DNA of 64,000 nt, from contig MU058418.1 of the NCBI GenBank assembly GCA_013265495.1, forward strand, positions 1 through 64,000, written 5' to 3'. The notes beneath the pieces are model-generated. The model was given only the letters and a program-made list of their open reading frames with translations, did no database searches and was not told the DNA's origin. The translations under genes were made by a program, and so were the position numbers. This document shows, in pieces, positions 27,151 to 40,071 of the stretch (positions are counted from its first letter, which is position 1; each line of letters starts with the position of its first letter). Source of the DNA: Vicugna vicugna. Its lineage: Eukaryota.

Positions 27151-28894
27151 TAGAATAACAAGTAACATTTCTGCCTTATCTCATGTCCTTGTTTTACATC
27201 TGCATTTCCACAACTGCAAGAAAGCAGAGAGAAGCAAAAATCATCACAACAAAAATGTCGTGAGTATTCCCAATAAACAAAAGGCTTCTTTATTTACCAT
27301 CTGGCTGGCCAAGCTGCCAAGGAGGTGCCACCGGCATAAATGTTCAGCCAACCCTGGTTTCTACCTATCTTTTGTCAGATGTGAACTACTTCTGAGTAAC
27401 ATTCATAATTTTTCATTTTTAGAAAAACCTCTCCCAACATTGCCACATTGTGAGAGAAAAAAATTAGCAGTTGCTGAGTATTTGGTGTGAGCTGTGTTAG
27501 CACACAGTCTGCCACTCAACCCCTCCCACACCTCACCAGACACCATTAATCAGTCGTACTACACACTTCCTAGTAAGACTGAAACAGAGCTTCAGAATCC
27601 TTCCTAACACAATTCTCTAGATAAAAACTAGCAACCAATTAGAGCTGGCACACAGACAGGGTGATACCTGTTTGCTCTTCCTTGTCTAAAAATGTATCTG
27701 GGTACTTTCCCACAGTCCTTGTTATGTGAGCATTCACTACCCAAGTTTCACTTGTGAAGCTGCACAGAGAAAGCAAAAGTCATCACAAAACAAAGATATT
27801 CACCAAAGGAACTGACCACTTTTCTATGTCACACCTCCTCAGCCATCCCTCCCCCACTTTTTACACAAGCCAGCTCCCCTAAAGTAAGAATGTTGTGCTC
27901 TTTGTCAACAGTTTTGCAAGTGCCTGTTCAAAAATATAAAGATGGCTATTGTTGGGAAATATGAACTTCTCATGAGGTGGTTGAAAGTGTTATTGGCAGA
28001 CTGCTTAAATCAGACACATGAAGCCACTAACAAATGAGAATCTGGGGAAACTACACCAGCCAAAAATTGAAGAGAAAGTCTTTGGGTGATGACAAGACAG
28101 GTGCTTCAAAAGAGATCATTTAAATATCAAAGGATTGAGCTCAAGCTCTTGGGAAAACTGATAAAGCCCTGGAATATTTTTGCAAAAAAAATGACCTTGT
28201 TTATGCACATTCTGTGAAAACCAAACATAATGTGAAAGATTGTGCCATCCTCCTGCACAAGTGTGTCAGAAAACAACTCTGCTGCCAAAAAAAAAAAAAA
28301 AAAAAAAACATGTCACTAATCACCACTGAATTCTTAATGAAGTCTTTTTTGCAGGTAATTCTATACAAAATGAAGCAGACTCAGTCTTACCACTTATAGT
28401 ACATTTGGAATTTAATATGGAGTTCGGGATTAACTGGGGGAATTTTGTTGTTTTGTTTTGTTTTATTTTGTTTAAAAAGAAAAAACTTTTAGTCCAAAAT
28501 TTTTTGCAGATGAAGTTTAAAAAAAAAAAGTCACAGAGAGAATCATCAGTGATTTGCTGACGTCACAGCAACCTAGAGCCCATAGTCCCAGAGACCCTGA
28601 GGATTTGTTAATTTAATGTTTTCTCAGTCATGTCTCTGATCTGAACCTAAATTCCTTAGTTCCCCAGAGGTGATAATGGAAGTGGTGAGACTGGGTCTAA
28701 TTCATTTTGTATAGAATTACCTGAAAATAAAACTTCATAAATATTTCAAAGAAAAGCATATGTCCCATCTTCTGCCCCATCACATTTGTTACCTGTCACA
28801 TCTCACGAGAGATAGGTGTTTCTGGATGGTTCCTTCCCAAATTGGGTAAGGCAGGGATGTGAAACTCAAAGGGAACCTTCTAGGTGAGGGCTCC

Positions 28895-29085
28895 TGGGTA
28901 GTATGCTGAATGGTTAAGACCACGGGCATTGAGTAAAACAGAATAGTGTGGCTCCACAACATATTAGCTGTGTGACCATGGGCAGGTGAACTAACCTCTC
29001 TGAGCCTCACTTCCGGCATCCGTATAGTAGAGATAATAATAGCCACTTCACAGTGTGGTTGTGAAGTGTAAGTCAGCAAATGCCT
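28895..29085 (+). mobile_element. MIR SINE
   Basis: MIR core tagctgtgtgaccatgggcaggtgaactaacctctctgagcctcacttcc..gataataatag. Confidence 0.8.
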
Positions 29086-29775
29086 GCCAAGCAACCAAAG
29101 TAAGATTCAGTCCAAGGTAGACTCTTCCCATCCCACTTCTCTACTGTCTCATTTCTTTCAGTCTTGGTCCAGACCTTTAGAGATGCCTCCTTCTCCCCTG
29201 TTATAATGCTGCCAATTCGAGGCAGAGATCTGTGATACTGAAGGTCAGTGAGATGCAAGAGGCAGAATGAGCCTGCCTGGGATCCCACTGACCCCACAAC
29301 CTATGAGCCCTTCTGACGGGCAACAGCTGAGCCCTTCTGTTAACCAAGCAGGATGCTTTTCCTAAACTCTACTACTGTGCAGGGTGCTGAGTGGAGCCTC
29401 TCAAAGTCTCAGGCCCCAAATCCCATTTCCAAATAGCCTCTGCCCTAGAACCAGTTCCCACAAACCTTGCCAGCATGGCCTGAGGAGGAGGCTGGGACTA
29501 GGGTCCCTGCAGATGGTCACATGCCTGCCTCCAAGGCCAGGAAACAAGGCGCTTGAGCGCTGCATTCCAAGGCTGCTGTTCAGTCACACACAAGCACTGC
29601 AGCTGAGGGAGGAGGTAGGTGAAGGGTAAGGGTCCACTGTTCTTTGTCATCAGCAAAGGGGTGGGGGGGACACAAGGCTATAGAATTTCACTGGGACACT
29701 GGCCTGGTCCTGGTGTACAGAGCCCTGTTCTGTGTGCTTGATTTGGTGTTTCGAGTGTCTATTTCATTATCTGTA

Positions 29776-31875
29776 ACGGTGGTTTTCAAAATGTGGTCCA
29801 GGGCCCTAGAATGGAGGTCATACAGTCAAAACTATTTTCATAAGAATATTAAGATGCTGGTGGCATCTTTAGGATTTTCTGTGTATAGTTTCATGTAATT
29901 TGCAAACAGTTACAGCTTTTCTTCTTCTTTTCCAATCTGGATTCCTTTTATTTCTTTTTCTTGTCTGATTGTTGTAGCTAGAACTTCCAATACTATATTG
30001 AATAAAAGTGGCAAGAGTCGGCATCCTTGTCTTGTTCCTGATGTTAGTGGAAAAGCTTGCAGCTTTTCACCATTGAGTATGATGTTAGATATGGGTTTGT
30101 CATATACAGCCTTTATTACATTCAGTATGTTCCCTCTATTCCCACTTTCTGGAGAGTTTTTATTATAAATGGATGTTGAATTTTGTCAAAAGCTTTTTCT
30201 GCATCTATTGAGATGACCATATGGTTTTTATTCTTCAATTTGTCAATGTGGTGTATCACACTGATTGATTTGTGGATATTGAAATATCCTTGCATCCCTG
30301 GGATAAATCCCACTTCATCATGGTGTATGATCCTTTTAATGCATTGTTGCAGTTGATTTGATAGTATTTTGTTGAGCATTTTTGCATCTATGTTCATCAG
30401 TGATATTGGCCTATAATTTTTGTGTGTGTGATATCTTTTTCAGGTTTTGGTATCAGGGTGACAGTGGCCTCATAGAATGAGTTCAGAAGTATTCCTTCCT
30501 CTGCAATTTTTTGGAATAGTTTGAGAAGGATAGGTATTAACTCTTCTTTGAATGTTTATTAGAATTCCCCTGTGAAGACATCTGGTCCTAGACTTTTCTT
30601 CATTAGGAGTTTTTAAATTACTGATTCAGTTTCATTACTGGTCATTGGTCTGTTCATATTTTGTATTTCTTCCTGATTCAGTCTTGGGATATTGTACATT
30701 TCTAGGAATTTTTCCATTTCTTCTAGGCTGTCCATTTAATTGGCATATAATTGTTTGTAGTAGTCTCTTATGATCAATTTTATTTTTGTGGTGTCCATTG
30801 TAACTTCGCCTGTTTCATTTCTGATTTTATTGACTTAGACTCTCTTTTTTCTTAATGAGCCTGGCTAAAGGTTTATCAATTTTTGTTATCTTTTCAAAGA
30901 ATCAGCTCTTATTTTCATTGATCTTTTCTATTGTTATTTTTAGTCTCTATTTCATTTATTTCTACTCTGATTTTTATAATTTCTTTCCTTCTAACTTTGC
31001 ATTTTGTTTGTTCTTCTTTTTCTAATTTCTTTAGGTATTAGGTTAGGTTGTTTATTTGAGATTTTTCTTGTTTCCCAAAGTAAACTTTTATCGCTATACA
31101 CTTCCCTCTTAGAACTGCTTTTGCTGTGTCCCATAGATTTTGGATCATTGTATTTTTATTTTCATTTGTCTCCAGGTATTATTGATTTCCTCTTTGATTT
31201 CTTCAGCAAGCCAGGCTTGTTTTGTGGCCTAGCATATGATCTATCCTGTGCACTTGAAAAGAAAGTGTACTCTGCTACTTTGGGACATAATATATATATA
31301 TAAATCCATCTTGGCTAATGTGTCACTTAAGGTCAGCGTTTCCTTATTGCTCTTCTGTCTGGATGATCTGTCCATTGATGTAAGCAGGGTGTTAAAGTCC
31401 CTTCCTATTATTGTGTTACTGTCAGTTTCTCCCTTTATGCCTGGTAATATTTGTTTTATGAATTTAGGTGCTCCTGTGTTGGGTGCTACAAGGATATATT
31501 GTACAGCACAGGAAATACAGCCAGTATTTTATAGTAACTATAAATGGAGTATAACATTTAAAAATTGTGAATCACTATGTTGTACACCTGAAACATATAA
31601 TATTGTACAGCAACTATACCTCAATTTAAAATAAGAATACTAAGATGTTACTTGGGGTTTTTTACTCTTAATTTCTCACTAACGTACCATAGAATTTTCA
31701 GTGGCTACACAACGCTTCAACATCATCAGTTCTCTGATGGATGATAGAATGTGTTTGTGTTTTCTTGTGCTTTCAAAATTTCTGAGCTTCAGTTTTTAAT
31801 ATGGCAAATATCAATAAAGTAAGTCCATATAAACTAAAGTTCTTTGGGATCAGCAATAATTTTAAAGACTGTAAT
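29776..31875. mobile_element. hAT-Charlie-like DNA transposon relic split by the inverted L1
   Basis: Left arm ggtggttttcaaaatgtggtcc..gtcaaaactattttcataag continues after the L1 as ttactcttaatttctc..gaattttcagtggctaca..atggcaaatatcaata. Confidence 0.5.
29859..31630. mobile_element. 5'-inverted L1 insertion: antisense ORF2 EN-to-RT segment (about 29859-31487) fused to a sense 3'UTR tail (about 31488-31630)
   Basis: ORF 30122-30397(-) is L1 RT ([42 protein letters not shown]); 19-bp TSD ataagaata(t/c)taagatg(c/t)t at 29840-29858 / 31631-31649. Confidence 0.9.
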
Positions 31876-32099
31876 ATACAGGTCCCAGGCACAAATGCAT
31901 AGACAATGAAAAGCAGATCTTCCCTTTCTATCCTGTTCCCCAGACACCATGGTCCTCTCCCCAGAGGCAGGCATGTCATCACCTCCCTGTGATTTCTGAG
32001 ATGTTCAAAGCATGGACAAACATATATGTGTCCCTGTGATAACGACACTAATAGCATGGCACTATACACCTGCTCTCATCTGTCTTCCAAGTCATCTTG

Positions 32100-33085
32100 A
32101 TGGTGGCTTCCCACCACTGCAGGTCTGTACCACGATCCTCTCAACCAATCCTCTGTTGAAAGATACCTGGGTTGTCCTTCCATCTTTTGCAACTTATAAA
32201 CAATGCTGCAATGACTATGCCTATTAAAATACCCTTTCACATATGGGGCAGTACATATCTACCTGTATCCTGCACAGTGTTCCATCATGGAAAGGTATAT
32301 AATGTACTTAGTCAACTCACTATTGAAAATCATTCAGGTGATTTTAAATTTTTTGTGTAACAGCTCTGTAATGAACATCTTTGTACATAAACCTCTTAGA
32401 ATAACTCCTTCCAAAGAAATTACTAAGTCAAAATGTGTTCGAATTTAAAATTTTTGTTAATATTTTCAATTTTCCCTCCAAGGAGATTATACCAATCCAC
32501 ATATCTCCCCACTGTGTTTGAGTGCCTCTTTCCATGAAGCCTCCCCTAGACTGTTCGCTATAAAACCTTTTTGATTTTGACAATCTAACAGATGAAAAAT
32601 ATTACCTTGCTGTTGTTTTAGTTAGGATTTAATTATTCATGCACTTGGCATTCTTCTTTATGTTTATAAATCATTTGTATTTCTTTTGTCTGCCTCTCGC
32701 TGTTCTTGACCCATTTCTCTATTGAGTTGTAGGCCCTTCACTTACTGAGCTGTAAAACTTCTGAAATATATATTCAGTAAATTAGTTCTTTGTCGCCTCC
32801 ATATATGTCTCAAATATTTTCCTCAGCTTTTATTTGTATTTTGAATTTCTTTATGGCAATTCTTTGCTATGCAGAAATTAAAATTTTGATGCATTCAGAC
32901 TTACTGGTCTTTTCTTTTATGGCTTCTAGGTTCTGTGTCTTAGCCTCAGAAAATCTGGCCTCCATGTGGGATTATGAAATTTTAAAATTCTTTCATGTTT
33001 ATTTCTAACATTTTAATGATTTTGCTTTCTTACACTTAAGTTTGTGATCCATCTGGAATTTATTTTGGTATAAGGAATAAGGTAT
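32100..33085 (-). mobile_element. Ancient L1ME-type fragments
   Basis: Antisense L1 text: ataaacaatgctgcaatga, gattataccaat, cccatttctctattgagttgt, gatccatctggaatttattttggtataagg. Confidence 0.7.
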
Positions 33086-35459
33086 AAGGGGCACCCTGTG
33101 CCTCTCCCGCCTGGGGCTCACACTACCAGCCTAAGGTGGTTCAGAGACTATTTGGCAGCCACAAATAAAATTCCTAATGACAACATCATTTCAAAAATGA
33201 GCACTGTGAATGATGTAGGAAGGGCAATATATGAAACTTCATTCACAATCTTGATGTAAAAACTTAAAGGAAATGGAATTTGGAGATGTCATCAACAGAG
33301 AGGCAGCCAGACAGGATACAAAGTGCTTGGGTGAAAAGTTGGATCCTGGCCTCCTGTTCCAGCCTTCGGGCCTTGACACATCCCCTCCCCTCCTCATCTA
33401 CAAAGTGTGGAGCTTGTGCTAGAAAAGCCTGAGTTTCCTTCAGTACTGACACTTGAGATTCCAGAACTGCCTTGGAGCCTCTTTCCAAAGTTTTTTCTCC
33501 ATTTACATAGACTCCTTGCTGAGATTCCCCTGAACCCACTCTCATGCTCTGGGGCTTCCTTGACTCTGCCTTGCCCTGGAAGCCTCAGATAGTGACCTAG
33601 AAGGAAGACCCTCCTTTGTCTTACCATTATTTTCAAAAGTCTTTTCAAAAACTTCTCATGAAATTAGCAGGGTCTCCCACCTTCCTGGATCTTGCTCTTT
33701 GAAAGAAACTGTAAACTAGGGTGGCCACCCTAACTTTAACAAGCTTCTCTTTTCGGCTAAGATACTAGAACTGAGCGACATGAATGTATGTGGTCCCTGG
33801 AGAGCATTCAATACTTGGAAAAGAGGAAATGCTGAGTCCATTTCTTGATGAAGGAAAAAGGCCACTTCTGGGGACCTTCGATGCAGGCTGCATGCACAGT
33901 CAAGGGTGCAGAACCAGGTTACGGTTGTTTCCACCCTGAGGCAACCAAATCAGGAAGTTCTCAAAGCAGTTACTTCACATGGCGTTTTGGGGATTTGGAG
34001 TGTGGGAAAGATTGCTGCTTTTTTTTTTTTTTTTAATAATTAGGATTGTTTTCTAGGCATCCAGAAGTACACATTTCACATATAAGGCTGAAATTAAAAG
34101 CCCCAAGCGTTCCTTGAACCAATCTTGCTAAGGGTTCATTTCAACTATGGGCTGCACAGATCCAGATGGGACTGTGAAAGAGGAATGAGGAGCATTAAAT
34201 ACTGTGAATTTTGATGTGTGTGAATTTCTGAGCAAGTGAAGGTTCTCTTTAGACATATTTATTAGGACTTCACATTTTTAAATAGGATATAGAAGTAAAA
34301 GAAAAAAAGTGAAAAGAACTGTTTTCTTTTCACTGCCTTGGTATTGATAACTTGATGGTATAGTCTGGTTGTGGAAGAAGCTTCTGGATTCCACATTTGT
34401 GGATACAATGACTCAGCACTCAAAGACCTAAGTGCCATTCATTCCTATTGCACAGTAAAAGGTCTGGAAGGACTCATTTCAAACACCAGCAGTGTCTCCC
34501 TTGGGAAAAAGGTGAATGGAAACCTTTACTTTTTACTTTATTGGTGTCGCATGTGTTTTATTTTTCATAACAGATATTTATTCCATTAAATGTTGCAAAC
34601 ACATTTTTTAAAGACCTCATTGAGGTTATTCAACTCCAGGAAACAAAGAGGTGCTGGAACAACGCATTGGGAAAGAGGGTTTGGCCAGAACTGATGGTCT
34701 CTGATTCTCTAATCAGAGCTTCTGGTGTCAGCTGAGGCCACCCCATGCCTTGGCGCTCCTGTCCCTTCTTCCACAGAGACGATTTGCAAACAAAGTTCCT
34801 TTGCCAATCTGCCCTTGGGATTGAGGCGTGAGTGCAGGGGGCGGAAGGGCAGTGTAGAAGGTGGTCCTGGTGGGCTGCGCAGGGAGTCTGGAGGTAAGAG
34901 AGACAAGGTCAGCCAGCAAGGTCACAGCTGGAGACACCACACCTTTGCTGGGATTCTCCACCTCTGTCTTTGCCAGATTCTAGTCTAGCACTTTCAAGGC
35001 AGAGACCAGGACTCTACTCACCTCCCGTGAGGTTTCCAATCTCACAGGAGAGTAGGGAGCAATTGGAAGTGCTTCCCCTGTTAAGAGGCCAGCGAAGCTC
35101 TAAGGTGCTGCAGATTTCTTGCTAAGAGAAATGAGAGACTGGTCTTGACCCCAGACCTAGCACGCAGCACTGAGAGGGGCTCAAGGTGAAGAGAACAAGG
35201 TAAATCTCTGACTCCAACCCCCAGTGACTAGGAGACTGAGCAGTTCTTTCAGGGGCCCTGCTGCCCAACTAATGAGTGTTGTTTTTTTTCCAGATCATTA
35301 ACTCTCTTTTCAAAATTCTGGGTTAAAGTGTACCCTCCACACAATTTTTTACCTGTCAGGGAGGAGGGTACGGTGGGATTTATGTGGTTTAATTCCCATG
35401 TAATTAGTCTGTGTCTTTCTCCCCTTTCCCCAATAAAAGTTACATCATCCTTGGATGTT

Positions 35460-35496
35460 TTCTGCATGTATATTCTGCATGTATATTCTGCATGTA
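35460..35496 (+). repeat. 13-bp tandem repeat (ttctgcatgtata) x2.8
   Basis: Units at 35460, 35473 and 35486. Confidence 0.95.
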
Positions 35497-37830
35497 CAAA
35501 CACACAGAATTCTCTTCTGGGTTAGACTTCCCTATGTTTCTGCTGCCCCAACAACCCTGCTCCTTGTCTAAGTTCGTCTCTGATGCCTTCCTCCTGCTTC
35601 CATCATCTTTAGCCTCAAATCCTGCACCCAAATATTGAGACTGGATATTTTAGATAGATCTGTAACTTGATACCCAACCCCTCAGTATTCTTTTAAAACT
35701 TGAATCCAAGGTAACAACCCTTCTACTTCAACAATCTCTTCTGAAACAGAGTCTGTTTCAGACTCATCAGTGGCATCAGATTGATGACGCTGACCATCCT
35801 TTTTCATGAGTTTAGATGGTCTTGGGGATTTTCAGGTGGTCTCTGATAGAAACACATGTGGTCCTCCCATAGAACACCTGCCTCTTAGTCATGCCTCTTA
35901 CAGAAGAAAAACGGAAGTTGAACTAGAGTTTCTTGTCTTGCATCACGTCCGGGAAACCCTCAAGGGACTACAGAATGCTGAAGACCAGTGCCCTGACCGG
36001 GCAGACTCCCAGCTCAAGGATGACAGGAGGGACTTAACCTCAGTGAAAGGCCTAATAGTTGCTGATGGGACCTATCCCATTCTTCCAAGTTCCCAGGCCT
36101 ATTTCTGCTCTGCTTCTCTATGCCACACCCCATAAAAGCAACAACTTAACGAGAAGCAGACTTGAAAATATACTGCAAAACATAGAAGCAACAATGTCTT
36201 CAGTGCCTAAACCCAACATCACTGTAACATCATACCCCAGACAAATAGGTAATACAGAATTAGAATTTTCTTTCTTTCTTTTTCTTTCCTTTTTTTTCTT
36301 TTTGTCTCCTTTTGCATCTCTCTCAGGAAAGCTGAGCTAATTAAAAAATAAAAGTAACCAGCTGGTAGAGATCTTGGATCTGTGCCTTGAAGCCAAGGTA
36401 ATAAGCCTTTTGAACAAACTGTGAAATAAAGGACAAGGGGAAAATTCAGAGGACTTTTGCACAGATTCTTTCTTATCATTTCATGACATGGTTTTCACAT
36501 CGGATATTCAACAGCCCATCAATCTGATCATGTCACAATTAGTCCCACTTCCAAACCTGATTAGCTACTCTGGTCTTGTTTCTTACAAAGATTAATTTTA
36601 GATTTTTCTCAATTAGGATTAAATGTCAAGCAAAATGTAGTACATGAAAAGTGTTATTAAAATTATCATAATAACAACTTATGCTCCCTCCACATTAAAG
36701 CACGTAACACATTTGCCTACAACGTATGGTTGAAACCCTTTTCTTCTCAAACTTAAAAGAAAAGCAAAAGATACTGGAACTGAATATGAATGAAACATTC
36801 TATAAAAGTTTTGCAAATGCTGCCCTAATTCATGCAAAATCAAATTAATCTCCATTGGATTAAGGTTTACTGGTTCAGGTCCACACATGGTTGCCAAAGA
36901 TGGGGTGTTAAACTCCTTAAAGAAACAGTAACTTAGGAAATATCCTTTGGATTCTCACACTTTGCTATTTGAACAGTCAGGGGCCCTTTATGCATTAGCA
37001 ATGAGACTGAACAGCGCTGATTTTCCCTGGGAATTATAGGAGATATTCTATTTTTAACCAGAGGCTTTAAAAGTGTGATGAAATCAAAGCTTTAAATCAG
37101 TCTGCCTAAGACCTCAAGAAAATGTTCTCTTGAAAGTAACCAACAAGACTGCAAAAATGAGGAGCAGATTGAGGAAATCCTGGCTAAAATTCTTGATAGA
37201 CAATAGTTGCTGTTATTCCTCTTTGCCATGAAAGTCTGGTGTCTGAATGATGGTTTAAGAAAAGAAAGGAAATGAGAAACACGACTTCCACGTGATCAGC
37301 CAGGAACTAGCAGAAATCCCCAGCTGCTGGCACTGACGCTAACCTCAGCATTTTTATTCCTAACCAGTTCTAAGAATGAGATCTCAAAGGTAAGGCCTGG
37401 GGTTTTAGCTGACAGAAAAAATGAGCTAAAGACATCTTCAATTTACATTTTTGAAAATGAAGGAAAGTATCAAGAAAAAAATTAAAACTATGCGTTATTC
37501 AACACCCCAGGAGTGTAGCTATAACAACTAATTCTAATACTTCAGGTGTCTCCAACCAACATTTTTGAGAAAGAGAGCTAGATCAGAGAGTGTGTGTGTG
37601 TGTGTGTGATCTTTTAAAAACAAAACTGGGATCCTACCACGTATAAATTTTACCATCGATATTCATTAAAGGGCTGTCCCTACAGGCCAAGCTGTGAGAG
37701 GCTGTTCCTTTGTCTCTAACACCGAGGGATGCCAGTCACAGCACAACAGTGCAGGTACAAAAACAGTTCCTATGTTTCTCTTCAGAGCACAAAGGCTGAT
37801 AGGATGAAGTGACCGTAAGAGTTAGTGCCC

Positions 37831-38737
37831 GATACAGATGGCCAACAGCACATGAAAAGATGCTCAACATCGCTAATTATTTGAGAAAATGCAAATCAAA
37901 ATTACCATGAGGTATCACCTTACACTGGTCAGAGTAGCCATCATCAAAGAGTCTACAAATAATAAATGCTGGCGAGGGTGTGGAAAAAGGGGAACCCTTC
38001 TACACTGTTGGTGGGAATGCAGCCACTGTGGAGAACAGTATGGAAGTTATTCAAAAAACTAAAAACAGAGTTGCCATATGATTGAGCAATCCCACTACTG
38101 GGCATATAGCCAGAAAAAAACCCAAAAACTCTAATTCAAAAAGATACACACACCCCAATGTTCACAGCAGCACTATTCACAATAGCCAAGTCATGGAAGT
38201 AATCTAAATGTCCATCCACAGATGACTAGATAATGCAGATGTGGTATATATACACAGTGGAATACTACTCAGCCATAAAAAGAACAAAATAATGCCACTG
38301 GCAGCAACATGGATGGAGCTAGAGATGAAGTAGCTAGAGCTACTTCACTAAGTGAAGTAAGTCAGAGAAAGACAAATATCATATGATATCACTTATATGT
38401 GGAATCTAAAAAGAATAGGACAAATAATCTTCTTTACAAAATAGAAACAGACTCACAGACATAGAAAACAAACTTACACCTACCAAAGGGGAAGGAGTGG
38501 GGAGGGATAAATTGGGAGTATGGGATTAACAGATGCACACTACCATATATAAAACAGATAAACAGCAAGGGTTTGCTGTATAGCACAGGGAACTATATTC
38601 AATACCTTATAATAAATTATAATGGAAAGCAATTTTTGAAAGAATATATACAATGTATAACCGAATCACTTTGCTATACACCCAAAACTAACACAATATT
38701 GTAAATCAACTATACTTCAATATAAAAAACTTTTTTT
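37831..38737 (+). mobile_element. 5'-truncated L1 (ORF2 C-terminus plus 3'UTR), cetartiodactyl type
   Basis: cagatggccaacagcacatgaaaagatgctcaacatc...gcagcaacatggatgg...tgtaaatcaactatacttcaa; imperfect TSD agagttagtgcc (37818-37829) / aaagttcgtgtc (38738-38749). Confidence 0.92.
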
Positions 38738-39410
38738 AAAGTTCGTGTCTAAAGGTGGAAATTCAAGGTGATATGGAGCCCATCACCTCACAAAGAATCA
38801 TCAGGTTCGCCATGTTCCATTAAGCAAATCCTACCCTTACAAAGTATGGCAAAGTCTAGTCCTGGGAGGCTGTGATGTGTTCAGGAACCTGGTGGCTGAT
38901 ATAGGAAGAAATGGACACACAGAGGAAAGGCTCCCTGCCTCTACTGTGAGTCTTAGGACCAAAAGTGGAGGAGAAAAGAAAGCCATCATGAGCACCACTC
39001 ACCAAGTGCTCAGCCAGCCATTCTATTAACACCATTCCCTGCAGCCCTTATGACAACCTTGGAAAGCAAGAATTTCTTTTGCTGTTAATAAAACCAAGGT
39101 TCAGAACCCAAAGTCACCAGCTACCAAGTGGCAGAGCCATAACTTAAATTGAGATCTCTCCATCACTGACCTCACCATTATTCAACTTGTTAACGCTGGA
39201 ACTGGGTCCTTTTGTCTCCTCAGTTACACACAGGATGAAAAGGGGACTCCAAGTGTCTGCAGAACCTCATAATCCAATATATCATCCACCCATTCATTCA
39301 CTAACCACTAAGCACCTTCTGTGTACCAGCCACTCTTCTAGATGCTGGTGATATAGGAGTGAGCAAAGACAAAGCCCTTGGTTTGCATTCAAGATAAAGA
39401 ATATACAAAT

Positions 39411-39448
<38 letters not shown>

Positions 39449-39534
39449 TATAATATGTCAGGTGCTGGTTAAGTGTGCACCTTATCAAAGAGTGAGGGTA
39501 AAGGGGACAGAGAGTGGTGGGGAGCACAGTATAC

Positions 39535-40071
39535 TGTATAGTTTCCTGCAGCTACCATAACAAATTACCACAAATTTGATGGCTTAAAATAACTTACTCT
39601 CTTGAAGTTTTGGAGGCCAGATGTCCAGCATCCACATGATCAGCAAGGCCTTGCTTCCCTGGGAAGCTCAGGGAGAGCCCCTTTCTGGCCTTTTCAGCAT
39701 CTGGGGGCTGTTGGCATTCCTCATGGCTGAATCACTCTAATATCTTCCTCTGTCTGCACATGGCCTTCTCACAGTTTGTCTGTCTCAAATCTCCCTCTCA
39801 GGGGAGGGTATAGCTCAGAGGTAGAGTGCATGCTTAGCATGCACGAGGTCCTGGGTTCAATCCCCAGTACCTCCATTAATCTCCCTCTGTCTTTTGTAAG
39901 GATATTTGTCATTGGATCTACGGCCCACCCAAATTATCCAAGATGATATCCTTACCTCAAAATCCTTAATTACATCTGCAAGGACCCCTTCTCCAAATAA
40001 GGTCACCTTTATAGTTCTGGGGATTAGGATGTAGACATAACTTTTGGGAGGCCACCACTCAACCTGCTATA
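39535..40071 (-). mobile_element. MaLR MLT1C/D-type solo LTR
   Basis: tgtatagtttcc..ccataacaaattaccacaaa..ggcttaaa..ttacatctgcaaggacccc..ccaaataaggtcac. Confidence 0.85.
39801..39877 (+). mobile_element. Vic-1-type SINE head only (tailless), nested in MLT1
   Basis: Complete tRNA-Ala-like head ending cctcca+tt; perfect 11-bp TSD aatctccctct (39788-39798 / 39878-39888). Confidence 0.9.

Noticed and set aside
34359..34511. Plus-strand open segment LVVEEASGFHICGYNDSALKDL.. ending at AAG|gtgaat
   Set aside because: Poor polypyrimidine tract at the acceptor and no recognisable homology
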